In this document: positions 11,836 through 24,029 of the stretch, one piece after another | Layout: every line of letters starts with the position of its first letter | How positions within the stretch are numbered: the stretch's first letter is position 1 | Source of the DNA: Nitrospirales bacterium | GTDB lineage: Bacteria; Nitrospirota; Nitrospiria; Nitrospirales; UBA8639 | Direction of reading: 5' to 3' | Length of the DNA stretch: 64,000 bases | Assembly: GCA_965203295.1 (NCBI GenBank) | Contig: CBDBCZ010000018.1 | Span: 192,001-256,000 of the forward strand | The notes under the pieces: model-generated | What the model was told of the DNA's origin: nothing | Seen by the model: the letters and a program-made list of their open reading frames with translations, nothing else | The model's database searches: none | Program-made: the position numbers and the translations under genes

Positions 11836-14575
11836 GGGGCACTCAAAGACCTAAAGGCCAGAGATGACATAGTTATTAATAAAGCCGACAAGGGCTCCAC
11901 CATTGCCATCCAGGATATAGACAGTTAGCTAACCGATGGGCTAAAACATTCTATAGACACCTGCAAAAAGACTCTACCACAGAAATTAAGAGGGACATCT
12001 GCCTAATGCTCTAGCACCTCCAGAGAGCTGAAATGCTTGACAGAAATATGACGGAATTCCGTAAGCCTCCTAAAAAGCACAGAACTTCCCAGCTGTATTT
12101 TCTAAAGCAAATACACAAGAATCCCATGGGAATTAGACTAATAGTCTCCAGTGTTAATAGTGTCACAGAGAATATCTCCCAATTTGTTAATATCTGGCTA
12201 CAGCCTATAACCAAGTCACTGCCGTCCTTCATTAACTCATTGCACGCCGTAATTACGTCACACGCGTGATGCTCCACGCCACAGTTTCTACAAAAATGGC
12301 GTACTAAAAGTTTTAGTACAGCGTATGGCTATTTTTATGCTTACCAAGTCAAGTATCCAGCGAATTTTGCGTCATATTTGTTGGAAGACTACCAGCTACA
12401 GCCATTGAAGGCAAAAAGGGCAGCGGATTGGAACCAAGAAGGGATTCAGGATCGATAACCCGATGCACGGTAAGTTCGACACGGTACTGTGGTCTTGACG
12501 TTCAGGCAGCAAAGATCGACGATCCTGCTGAAGCCCCCGTCTCTCTCCTGAACCAGTTACCATCGTATCTGCCAATGAAGTTGACTACAAAGCCTACAAA
12601 GCCTAACTAACTGTGTAGCAGTGTAGGTAGCCGTAGCTAATCGTCTTGATCGGTTGTATATTTTGCCGTGTATATCCGTTCTATTACTGAGTAGACCGAC
12701 TTTCGGCACAGTTACATCACTATTAGTAATCACTGTACTCAATTTTATGGCTAATAAAGGAAGGGGTTGCCCCTCCTGGCCGATAAATGAACTTGCCGTT
12801 TCTAAGGCCACTTTAATGGCCCGTGGCGTAGCGGAAGCGTTACGTAAGGGCCAATAAAGTGGCCCGTGGCGCGCAATGAGTTAAGGACACTACCGACTTC
12901 ATTAATCTTATTCAATCTGCTCCAATAAGCGAAAAATGCCTACTGGCCACCATTGACATCTCATCGCTGTATGCCAATATACCCCATAGCGAAGGCAGAA
13001 AAGCGGCAGTCACAGCACTCAACAAAATTGAAAACCCAGATCCCCGCCAACCTCCCCCTCCTATAATAGGGCTACTCATAGACGTACTACAGAACAATGT
13101 CTTTGAGTTCAATAAGCGAACAATGTCTTTGAGTTCAATAAGCGAAAAATGCCTACGGCCACCATTGACATCTCATCGCTGTATGCCAATATACCCCATA
13201 GCGAAGGCAGAAAAGCAGCAGTCACAGCACTCAACAAAATTGAAAACCCAGATCCCCGCCAACCTCCCCCTCCTATATAATAGGGCTACTCGTAGACGTA
13301 CTACAGAACAATGTCTTTGAGTTCAATGACAACTACTACTTGCAGTTACAAGGCACAGCTATGGGAACTGCCTACGCCAACATTTTTATGGGCAACCTAG
13401 AAGAGCAACTTCTCTCCAAAGGGTGTGACAAAATCCTGCTATGGAAACGATTCATAGATGACATGTTCGTCATATGAACGGCTCAGAAGCCGAGTTCAAA
13501 TCATACATGGAAACCATAAACGCTCTCCGTTCAACCATTAAGTTCACACATGATGTCACACTGTATAAAGGCTCCAGATTCCTACAGAATGGAATACTGG
13601 ATGTAAAAACACCACCAAACCGACAAATAAACAACTATATGTACACCGTACATCTTACCACCCACCTAAAACAGCGAAGTCCATTATGTTAGGTGAAGCT
13701 AACAGGTACCTACGCACAAACTCAAATGAGCAAAACTTTCAAGAGAGCTTAGAACGGCTCTCTTCTAAACTCAAACAGAGAGGGTATAACCCATCTGAAA
13801 TCGCAAAGCATGTCTCGTCTGTTAAATTTTCAGACAAATCACACAAACTGAGGAGTAACACCCCCACGCAAGCAGATCCTCCATTAGTATTCGGCACAAC
13901 ATATTGTGACCGAATACCCAACATACAGCAGACTCTCAACGACAATTGGAGAGAACTACAGGGTATACACAGGCTCAAAAAGATATTTCCAACCCACCGA
14001 CGATTGCTTTCAAAAGAATCAATCCTTGAGCAACATACTAGTTCGAGCTAAAATATCGCACCACAGCGTTACTCCGATGACCGATCAGTCCAATCCCAGT
14101 TGAAAACTGTCATGAGCAGTGACTCTCACTACACAGGCAGAAAGCCTCCCACATTTAAAGAACTGAGTACATTCCCGTTCAAGCTGTTTCAAAAAGCAAA
14201 ATTGATGAAGCCGTGTTGCAAAAACAATGCAACATGTGCAAAAGGCTTAATTAACCACGGTAGCAACTTGGTTAAGAGCAAAGTCACGGGTAGATGCTTC
14301 CCTATTCAAACAATTGGAAGCGCCCTGACCTGCCAAAGCACCAAAGTTGTATACCTTGTCCGATGTCGGCAATGCATGAAGTAATATGTAGGACAGACAA
14401 CTAAGCCCCTACATAAGCGACTCAACCAACATTTGCATAATATCCGAGGATAAAAGTCCTCCAGAAGCAAACTCTGGTGGCATTTCAATAAGGATCACTC
14501 AATTGAAGACCTCCAGATTATTCCACTAGACGAGCTACTCTTGCTACGAGCAGCAAAACTAAAACTGCAGCATTT
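11836..14575 (+). mobile_element. Penelope-like retroelement 1 (RT plus GIY-YIG), degenerate and 5'-truncated
   Basis: DIVINKADKGS, LKQIHKNPMGIRLIVSS, QGTAMG, WKRFIDD, VYLVRCRQCMKxYVGQT. Interrupted by a MITE at 12236 and an internal duplication. Confidence 0.93.
12236..12880. mobile_element. piggyBac-type MITE, family B, copy 1, nested in the RT
   Basis: TTAA on both sides. TIR CTCATTGCACGCC / GGCGCGCAATGAG. Excision restores PSFIKDTTDFIN. Confidence 0.95.
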
Positions 14576-14889
14576 TTGAGTGCTACATACTGTAAAATTT
14601 CGGAGTATGTAGACTTGACCTTAGCTACCAATTTTAGAAAGGGCGATCCCAAGGCTCATACCACATACATGCATATTGGTATGAGTAGCTCTATATAAGC
14701 ATTGCTGAAAAAACAGGTTGGCATGTTTAGTGATACCAGGATAATGAACTTTGGATTCCCAAGCGCTCCCAGTACAAAGTACATGTAAATACATGTAGTA
14801 TCATAGCTAAATTGTTACGTGCTTATCTATTGTGCACACCATGATGTTTATTATAATGCTTGTTTGAAGATGTAATTACTACGTTGTAC

Positions 14890-16739
14890 CTTTTAATTGA
14901 AGATCTGTCGCCAGAAGGGCAGTCTGGTTGCCAACGTCTGGAGGGACAGGAAGCTTGTGTATGTGATGTCAACCAACTGCCCACCAACGGGAGACACCCA
15001 GGTACAGTGGGAGAAGGATGGTAGCAGTCAGATGATCCCTTGTCCACCGAGCATCGTCGCCTACATGGCAGGCGTCGATAAGGCTGACCAGTTGAGAGGC
15101 TAATACAAAGTCAGATCGAAGTCCAGGAAATTTTTACAAATACTTGTTCTGGTTCCGCTTCGACTGTGCCTCTATCAATGCCTTCATTTTGATGAAGCAT
15201 TTTCGCCCGTCATCAAACACCACCACCAGGCAGGCGTTCAAGTCCTTCCGTCTCAAGAGGGACTCATCGGGAACTTCAACTCTCGACAGCGTTACTCACT
15301 CCCTCAATCCATTTATGAGGCTGCCATTGAGAGCACAGCACCACCTGTGAAGCGCAGCCGAGTCGAGCCAAGCCAGGTCTCCGAAGCGGATCATTTTCCG
15401 ATCCATGGTTCCAGCAGCAGGTGTGCATATTGCTGGAATGCCCACAACCATCGCCACCATGAATCATCAATCCACTGCCGGAAGTGTGGCAAGGCTTATT
15501 GTATTGTTGCAAGAGACCCACCAGAGGATGGTCCTTTGTTTTGAGAAATTTCATATAAGCTTTGACAGATAACTCCCATTTACTATAAAGCTCGTTCTAA
15601 ATTATTTAATGAAAAGCGCTTGTATGATACCCAGGTTTTGCCATCGTTATATACTTTTACAGTATAATATACACTTTCTGCATGCATGCTAAGCCAAGTA
15701 AACAGATTTTTTAGTAAAACTAGTTAGATTACACTATTGACAACGCCTTACGCATTGTTCTTGTGGTCCGATCGTTGCTCCGGTCTCGGTGCTTATTCTC
15801 CCGCTTTCACGCCAAAATCATCAACACCATCAAAAAGGACATTCTTTTCTGCCGCTATTAAACTCAACTTGCCTGTACAAAAGTTGTTTCGATCACGAGA
15901 TACAGCCCCATGAAGCCAGGAGTAGACAGACTACGAGGTAGGGCCAAAAATGTACGGTCACGTGTGACTCAAAAATTGTTACGCAACGGTGCTAACCCTG
16001 CCCACTTTTCCATTGCCACTCGTCCTGCAGCCTGCAGCTCTGCTCTGACAGGGGGGTAAGGTAGTGGCTGTGGAGATATGATCACCTGCCAAGTCTGGTG
16101 TCTGGCGGATCAAAGCTGGCCAAGTGGCAATTAAAAACCTTCCATAAATATTGAACGTTTACATTACCGTAGACGTGTGTACACATCACTGAATATGACC
16201 GAGACTCTACCGGAAAGTGATGCTCCAGGGAGATCCCCACTGTGGTTAGTGACGCTCCAGCGAACAGATTCTTTCACTTTAGCACTATTTTCAGGGACTT
16301 ACCCAGGCAGATCACGAGAAAATCTGCAATGAAAAATATCTGTTCACGAACCATTAAAATATATTGCAGAATTCTAGGCTATTGCACAGCACTAGCAGTT
16401 CGAAAATATGGCTAGCTGTCTCCTACAGTACCGCTCCAAGTCTGTGGACGGCCCGCTTGTCCTTCAGGGCATCATTCCCCAGAAAGTAAGTGGCGAAAAT
16501 ATTTAATTATTGTTCGGTATCGAAAATCTGCTGCTGCTTGGCACTTTCCTTCCGTCAATCATGCTTGAATCCGACATCAAATGAAAGCTTGGGAGCTCTT
16601 CTTTTCTATTCTGTATAGAGTTTAGCCCGTTTTTCGTTACAAAGCCATAAACCGAACATACTACCGTCCTCGTGTCGCAATTAAATTATTCTGGTAATTG
16701 ACCGATGTAATGCGCATGCGCAATACGGGGTATAAAGGG
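14890..16739 (+). mobile_element. 3' half of a piggyBac transposon (transposase pseudogene about 14890-15560)
   Basis: WRDRKLVYVMST, MAGVDKADQ, Cys-rich tail RCAYC...CRKCGKAYC. Right TIR CGGGGTATAAAGGG ends at 16739. Confidence 0.88.
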
Positions 16740-16740
16740 T

Positions 16741-17886
16741 GGCCTCAACCAGTGCCTTGTTGCATGCCCCTGTGGATTTCCTAGCCGCCAGCTTAAGCTC
16801 TCAGCCCTTGATCGAGGGCCTGCTCTGTCATCCACCTGGAACCTCCCCTCACACCAGCCCGGCTGTTTCTGCCCTTGCCTCTGCGGCTGCCCGGCCAGAG
16901 TGGGAGTGCCTGGATGACATTGACATTCCTCTGCGGCAACGTGCACTCTCTCACTCCATCGATGAGGCTTCATTCCAGCATCTCCTTTCGTCAGCCCCCT
17001 CCACCCGCTCTCGAGCCCTGGTTCTATCATCTGCCCTGCCGCACGCCGGTGATTGGCTGAACATGGTGCCATCATCCTCCTTGGGGCTCCATCTCCAGGA
17101 TCGTGAGTTCCGGTGCTGCTTGCAGTACTGGCTAGGGATTCCCCCTGCACAGCACCTCATTTCCCTGCCCAGTATGCCGTGGCATTGCCGACACCATGGG
17201 TGACCACCAAGTTGGATGCGGTGGGAATGGCGATAGGATCTCCCGCCATAATGCCATCGGAGACGTGCTCTTCACTGCTGCCCAGTCTGCTGCACTAGCT
17301 CCCTCAAAAGAGACCCCCGGATTGGTCCCCAGCTCCCTTTCAAGGCCAGCCGACATATCACTCCCAAATTGGTGCCACGGTAGACCAGCTGCCCTGGATG
17401 TGCATGTGATCTCTCCCCTCCAGCAGCTGACCCTGGCGGAGGCAGCCTTCACTCCTGGCCATGCCTTACATGTGGGGACCCGCCGCAAGCTGGCTTCCAA
17501 CCTCTCGGCCTGCCGGGCGGCGGGGGTCAAGTGCATCCCTCTCGTGGCTGAGACTCTGGGCGGCCTCTCAGAGGACTCTATTTTGACAATCAGGGCCATT
17601 GGCCGCGCCATTGGTCTCCGTTCGAGCGCTCCCGATCCTACCATCACCACCAAGCACCTCTTTGGCAGGGTTGCCATCGCCCTGTGGCGTGGCAATGCCA
17701 GCCTGTGGTTACACTGCCACCCAACTCTCCCCCCTTCACTAGATGGGGTAGTTTAGCTTGGTGTTTTGTTTGTAGTTTGTTCTTTGTATTTTTTTTTCTT
17801 TTTCTGGTTGTTTTTTTTGGGGGGTTGTGTTTGATTAATATTGTATTGTATTGTATTGTATTGTATTGAATGGACCCATAAAAAAA
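16741..17886 (+). mobile_element. 5'-truncated CRE-like non-LTR retrotransposon (zinc knuckle plus restriction-like endonuclease)
   Basis: AGDWL...LGLHL...LG, GDHQVGC...RISRHN, RPADI...ALDVHV...RKL...PLVAETLGG. T-rich 3'UTR, (TTGTA)n and a short A tail. 12-bp TSD GGTATAAAGGGT at 16729-16740 and 17887-17898. Confidence 0.9.
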
Positions 17887-17898
17887 GGTATAAAGGGT

Positions 17899-18312
17899 TA
17901 ACGCAGGGCAAGCGTTGCTTTGGCCTGCAAAGCTGATAGTTGTGTTTTGAAGCCCCCTGTGTTTTGTGTCAAAGTTATCGAATCCTTCATGCTTACCCTG
18001 GGGCTATTTTAGCCCCAGGGACTCACCAGGGACACACTAGGGACGTTCCAGGGACGTTCCAGGGACGTTCCAGGGGCACCACAGTCCGTCTATGCCCTTT
18101 TAACACAGGGCAGGCATTGCTTTGGCTTGCAAAGCTGATATTTTGTGTTTTGAAGCCCCCTGGGTATTGTGTCAAAGTTACTGAATCACTCATGCTTACC
18201 CTGGTGCTATTATAGCCCCAGGGACACACCAGGGACGTTTTAGGGACACCAATGCCCGTTTAGCCCCTTTTAACGCAGGGCAAGAGTTGGTTTTGCCTGC
18301 CAAACTGATATA
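17899..18312 (+). repeat. Satellite-like array, ~170-200-bp unit, left part
   Basis: Units start aacgcagggcaagc...aagctgata at about 17900, 18102 and 18272. Confidence 0.85.
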
Positions 18313-18349
18313 CCGTAAAGTACGTATTATCCCCCCATGGCTGGGCCAC
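18313..18349 (+). mobile_element. One end of a TA-flanked pogo-like MITE (partner end at 22985)
   Basis: TA followed by CCGTAAAGTACGTATTATCCCCCC, similar to CCGTTAACTACGTATTATCCGCCC at 22985. Confidence 0.75.
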
Positions 18350-18353
18350 TTAA

Positions 18354-19260
18354 CCCTCTCTTGCAACACCCTATTAAATATGTATTTTGTAGTGTACTAA
18401 TTTTTAACAATATATATGTCTAAAAGTATTATGTTATAGCGATAATTTTGCACTGGTAGCTTTTCAGAACAGCCAACGCAAGGATTCAATTTAAAATTGG
18501 CGCGTGTAGAGGCGCGCGTGTTGCGTGCAGGTGCAAAATGTTAATGATGCTAATGTTGCTCGGCGTGGCACATGGTGCAAGCGTGCTCATTTATACATCT
18601 ATCTACATCGAGAACTGCTTGACTGAGTGTTTTTGATGTGTTTGTTGAATGATTTATGATGTTATTATAAGGGCGTATATACAGCTGCTGTTTTTGTGTT
18701 ATGCGCATGTCGATATCAGTAGTAGCGATCTTTGCGGGGCAGGTCTGGGTTGGGATTGCTTTTGCTCGGTTCGAAAACTGATTGTATACTACTATACTTG
18801 AATTGAGCATGTCTTTTTTTCCTGTTTCTATGTCTAGTAGTGTCTCTGTTGTGCGTACGTGTTCGTGCAGCTAACCAACCGTGAGCCACAGGCCCTGGAA
18901 CGTGCTACACTCTGACTGAAGTGGATTTGATTGTAAGTGATTTTCATAGGATTTTCAGTGATTCCTAGCCTTGTGCCTATGCCTTCATTGTTCAATTGGT
19001 ATCTTGCAGTTGTGCATATTGTGTTTACAGTAGTTACTTGCGGTGAAAACTTAGATCTAGCTATTGCCTTGGTTGTGACGTACTGACTTGGAAAGAGTTG
19101 AGCAGAGGGCGTTCATGAGCTACATGTACGCGGGGATAAATGCTTTCGTCTGGCTGCCAATCTTTTTTGCAAGGCTTATCTGATAGGAAGTTCTACCCTT
19201 TATGTTTGATGTAAAGCTTGGCAAATAGTACAAGAAAGTCGAACGGGTAGCCATCTCACA
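18354..19260 (+). mobile_element. Arm of a non-autonomous piggyBac-like element (partner arm at 24034; inner boundary approximate)
   Basis: TTAA at 18350-18353 followed by CCCTCTCTTGCAAC. TTAA followed by CCCTGTCTTGCAAC at 24034. Confidence 0.6.
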
Positions 19261-19363
19261 ATTGCTTCAATCCATAGTAAATTATTCACTATGGGGAGTG
19301 CGTCATTGCCACTCCCACAATATTTAACCATGTCATTAGATACAAGCCCCCGAAAATCATGTG

Positions 19364-20425
19364 GTATAATCGAAAATGGCGAACTGCGGTGCTGAATTTC
19401 GCGCTGTCGAAGCCTCTGGAATTCCGAGTGAAGTATTTGTTTGTCTTGCTGCTTGTGGGGTTGGACGGCTTAAAATCCCAGTTTGGAAGTTCCATAAGAG
19501 TGAAAAGGGCTACGGGCTCTCGCTATTTTGGAGAACTGGAGAAGGAAGACCTGACACTCTAAATAATGCCAACAACTCACCTCAGCATGGGCGACTTGTC
19601 GTGGTCAACGGTCTGAGCAAGAGGAAGCAACGAAGCCAGAAGCGAATACAGGAGTTCCTGCAAAGGAAACGAGCTCGAGCCGAAGTTGAACCAAGGAGGC
19701 CTGATGCTGACTCTACTGGAATTCCAGAAGTGTCAGCTCCTTGCCAAGGAAGGTGTGAAAAGCCAAAATCTCCATCGTGTTCTCTTGGTGCTCGTTGCCT
19801 TCCCGCTACTCCTGCCCCTATGGATTTGACTGGAACTCCAGTAGCTCTCCCTACTACTCCCATCCCCATGGATTTGACTAGATGTCCAGCTGGCACTCCC
19901 ACTACTAATGCCCCCACGGATTTGACTGGAACTCCAGTTGTCCCTCCCACTACTTCTGCCCCTACGGATTTGTCTGAAACTTCAGCCATTAGCCTAACTG
20001 CCTGCGAGTCAGTGATGTACGAGATGAGAGATGACATACCTGGTGTTAAGTTTGTAAAAGGTGGGCAGGCAGGTTGGACTCCAGTTCAGAAGAGTGGGCT
20101 AGACCAAGCCATAGACTGTGAGGAAGGGAATGGTACACTAACAACACCACACAGAGCAACTATGAAGAAGTTACAGATCAAACATGCTAAGGAGGTGGCA
20201 TATAGAGAAATCAGTGGAACCCCAGGCCTATTGTTTAGACGAGGAAATACCCGCCATAGCTATGAATGGTTACCTGTAGTCCCGAGTCCAATTGCTAGCC
20301 GAACTAGAAATAGAACAGTTACTGTTATCGACAGTTCTTGAAGTTGTAATTGTATGCTGTCTCCTAGGTCATTTTGGCCTGCTGTCCTTGGGAGACGTTA
20401 AAATATTCTATTCTATTCTATTCTA
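19364..20425 (+). mobile_element. Putative non-autonomous, protein-coding retroposon
   Basis: CATGTG direct repeat at 19358-19363 and 20426-20431. 3' stem-loop gtctcc...ggagac and an (ATTCT)n tail. One intronless ORF. Confidence 0.7.
19376..20341 (+). CDS. Intact 321-aa protein of unknown function
   Basis: Uninterrupted ATG-to-stop ORF. Basic patch, Pro/Thr repeats (PxDLT), and a duplicated C-terminal module (YEMRDDIPGV...WTPV / YREISGTPGL...WLPV). Confidence 0.75.
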   Translation: MANCGAEFRAVEASGIPSEVFVCLAACGVGRLKIPVWKFHKSEKGYGLSLFWRTGEGRPDTLNNANNSPQHGRLVVVNGLSKRKQRSQKRIQEFLQRKRARAEVEPRRPDADSTGIPEVSAPCQGRCEKPKSPSCSLGARCLPATPAPMDLTGTPVALPTTPIPMDLTRCPAGTPTTNAPTDLTGTPVVPPTTSAPTDLSETSAISLTACESVMYEMRDDIPGVKFVKGGQAGWTPVQKSGLDQAIDCEEGNGTLTTPHRATMKKLQIKHAKEVAYREISGTPGLLFRRGNTRHSYEWLPVVPSPIASRTRNRTVTVIDSS

Positions 20426-21169
20426 CATGTGCAAAACAGTGGATACCAAGCCACTTGTTTTGGGTAGGTGTGGCCTGGGTACGAGGCTAGGCGGGCTAGA
20501 GCTCCCCATTTTCCAAGCAGAGGGTGCATAGCCCCTCCCCCCCCCCCTTTGATAAGTTGCAGGGAACATGTACTCTACGGTATATCACATGGAATTGATC
20601 ATGTAGGAGATTCCTTTCAGATGTCCAAGCTACTGGTTCCGTACTGTGCAGCAGTGTCTCTGTAAAGAGCCCTGCTAGTGAACTGTAATCGCAGGAGCAT
20701 AGCTAAAAGTTTGACTAATTAGTCCTAAGACTACACAACTACCAAATAGACACTCGAATGTTCACACCAGGACAGCTTGAGTTAATTACAAGTAGACTAA
20801 TGAAGATCTATTGCGGACGGCACATGAAGGCAAGGAGGGATTTTAGTTTTAGACTAGGGTGGAGAGGCCTCAGAATAAGGCCGGGGGATAGTCGTGGTCT
20901 GGGCACGAGACTAGCCGGGGGAAGATTAAGATTGAAAACTTACCGGAAGTGTTTATAAATAGAATGCGCTCTGATTTGAATCCAAGTTTATTAGTTTCTA
21001 GTCTCAAGTTTATTAGTGTCAAGTTTCAATTCGGGGGGGGGGGGGGGGGGGGGAGGGGGGAGGGGGGGGGGGACGCCAGAGGCTGCATTCACAGTCTCCA
21101 CACACACACTTATCAAAATTAATATAAGTAAGAATCTTGTGATGCAGCAAAAAATCTGAGTGATTGTTA

Positions 21170-21521
21170 AAAGCTTCATGGCAGAAAGGAAAGGGGAATT
21201 CTGGATCTTCTATGATGTCATCTTCATCTCCCGAGTCAAATTCATCAGCCCCTCCCCCCAGTAACATTCCTAAGGTTTCATCCACTGTATATCGCACAGA
21301 TCTAGCCATCACTGTTATCTTTGCAGATTGCAATAATAACTTCCAGCTGCTAAGCTATGAATATCAACTTATTTTTACAGGATTGCGCGTTTGATATTGG
21401 AAAGGTTTCCCCCAAGGTAAGTATCATGTGTGCCGGGTCACTAAAGTGGCCTTCCGTGTGCACTACGTTGAATAATAATTACGTGTACGGGCCACTAAAG
21501 TAGCCTTCCGCGTGCAATGAG
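21170..21521 (-). mobile_element. 5' end fragment of a coding piggyBac related to MITE family B
   Basis: TTAA at 21522-21525, TIR CTCATTGCACGC, and acidic N-terminus MARSVRYTVDETLGMLL...DSGDEDDIIEDPEFP. Confidence 0.75.
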
Positions 21522-22057
21522 TTAAAAGCCTTACAGGAAGTACAGGTTAATTCATAATTAAAATGAATGAATTCAAACAATTTTTGATTGGCATGTAAAG
21601 CTCTAAATGATACGATGGGTTAAAGGGCTGGCTATTGATCACTTTGCACATGGCATACTAGAATGAAGTAATACGAGTAGCGCAGAATATCAAATGAATA
21701 ACAATCAAACTCACAGGAAGTACTTATACCAACCCACTGACTCTATCAGAGCACCCCTTTGCACCCCAATGGATATTACAACTTCTACAAAAAGTGAAAC
21801 ATCCAATAATGCCCGAAAGTGATGGTACTCCTCCACTAACAAAACATATACAATTTGCATCTAAATTGGACACCTTATTTGTTATCTCGTAGTTACAGCT
21901 TTTACGAGAAGTTAAATATTCACTAATGACCACTCACAGGAAGTGATAGTAGCATTTCTTTGATCACACCGATGCTATGTCTATTTAAATTGAACCTTTT
22001 TTATTACACAAAAGAAACCACTTCAACAGGAAGGGGAGGTCCAATAATTCAACCTGT

Positions 22058-22984
22058 AATAGCCCCAGGGTAAGCTTGAAAAATTCAGTGAAGTTGACAC
22101 CATACCTAAAGTGCCTCAAAACAAAATATATCAGCTTTTCAGGCAAAGCAACACTGGCCATGCGTTACAAGAGCGTAGACGGGCTCTGGAGTCCCTGACA
22201 CGTCCCTGGCATGAATGATTCAGTAACTTTCACTCAATACCTAGGGGGTATCAAAACACAATATATCAGCTTTTCAGGCCAAAGCAATGCTTGGCCTGCG
22301 TTAACAGGGCATAGAAGGGCTCTGGTATCCCTGAAACATCCCTAGTGTGTCCCTACTGTGTCTCTGGGGCTATAATACCCATAGAGTAAGCATGAATGAT
22401 TCAGTAACTTTTACACACTACCAAGGGGGCATCAAAACACAATATAGCAGTTTTGCAGGCCAAAGCAATGCATGCCCTGCATTAAAACCCCACAGAAGGG
22501 TTTTGGTGTCCCTGGTGAGTCCCTGGTGTGTCCCTGGGGCTATAATATTCCCAGGGTAAGCATGAATGATTCAATAACTTTGACACAATACCAAGGGGTC
22601 TTCATAACACGATATCAGCTTTGCAGCAAAACACAATAATCTTTGCAGGCCAAAGCAATGCTTGCCCAGCCTTAAAAGGGCATTAATGGGCATTGTTTTC
22701 CCAAAACGTCTTTAGTGTGTCCCTGGTGTGTCCCTCGGGCTATAAGAGCCCCAAGGTAAGAATGAATGAATCAGTAACTTTGACAATACCCAGGGGCATG
22801 AAAGCACAATATGAGCTTTTTAGGCCAAAACAATGCGTGCCCTGCTTTAAAAGGGCACAGACAAGCTCTAGTGTCCCTGAAACGTCCCTAGTATATCACT
22901 GGTGTGTCCCTGGGGCTATTAGCCCCAGGGTAAGCATTAATGATTCAATAACTTTGACACAACGGGGGGTATCAAAACACAATA
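22058..22984 (-). repeat. Same satellite as 17899-18312, in opposite orientation
   Basis: About 5-6 units of ccccagggtaagcatgaatgattc...aaaacacaatatatcagc. Confidence 0.88.
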
Positions 22985-24029
22985 CCGTTAACTACGTATT
23001 ATCCGCCCATGATGTATTATCCGCCCATCCCCCTTTTTGAGTCAAAGTTACGTCAGAGGGTATTTATGTACTTAGTATCCGCCCACCCTTAACCCTTTGG
23101 CTTCCGAGAGCGCCAAATGGCGCTCTTAAAGTGCCTTGTCTTATCAGCCACGTAGTGCCGCGTAGTACGCAGCAACCACAACGATTATATTCTGTTTACT
23201 TTGCGCATGTATTGACCTCTGTACTGATATATATTTTATCAATATTCATAGCTTCCTGTACGAATATAACAACCACAAAAATGTCGCTTTCGTGCGCTAT
23301 TGCGCTAGTCCGCGCTGCAACTTGTTTGGTCGGTGCTTCCTTCTGGTCTTCTCAGTTTCTGTAGGTTCTCTGTGTCTGTAACCGGTCTGTGCATCTCCAG
23401 AGCCTATTCTATACTGTAGCTACGGCCTATCTGTCATCATTCTCCGTGCTTTAGCTAACTACCGTGCTCAGCCTGAAAATCACTAGTTTGCAACGCTTTT
23501 ACAAGTCACGTGACCTAACACGTGTTTCCATGGCAACGCATCGTGCCTAGCGCCTCAGGGGATTTCCCTCAGGGCATTATACAGTGCAGTAGGGCCCAGC
23601 AGGAGACAGTAATAATTCAGATTACTGGAGGTAAGCTGTCAGACCAAAATAATATTCTCAAATCTAGGAAGCCAAAGGGTCAATTACCATCCTTGCGAGC
23701 TAAACATGTAACTAACAACTGAAAATTCCAAGACGAGCAGAATTAAACAAAACTTGATCTTCAGTGCGCTTTAACTGGATTACCGACGGTAAGTCCATCA
23801 GCCACTTCGCTTTTTAGTGGATAATAGTAGTTTGCATGCTTCTATAATAGGTAGTTCAATACAATTTCCATTCACTGTGGTGCGGTACTTGCCTAGAAAA
23901 GCTACACTTACCTTGTATACTCGCTTTGCATACCGCACGTTTGGAATGCGTTCGAGTGGGTGGATACTACATCGCATTTATAAAAACTATGTATTATCCG
24001 CCCACCCCCCTCTTTCAGCTTGCACTTAA
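22985..24029. mobile_element. Main body of the pogo-like MITE
   Basis: TA plus a CCGT terminus, and repeated gtattatccgccc subterminal motifs at 22997, 23013, 23075 and 23991. Confidence 0.7.
23093..23679. mobile_element. piggyBac-type MITE, family C
   Basis: Perfect 13-bp TIR CCCTTTGGCTTCC. Flanks TTAA / TCAA. Confidence 0.88.

Noticed and set aside
21024..21075. Long poly-G tract as a functional G-quadruplex
   Set aside because: A homopolymer typical of MITE interiors and error-prone in assembly, with no supporting context.
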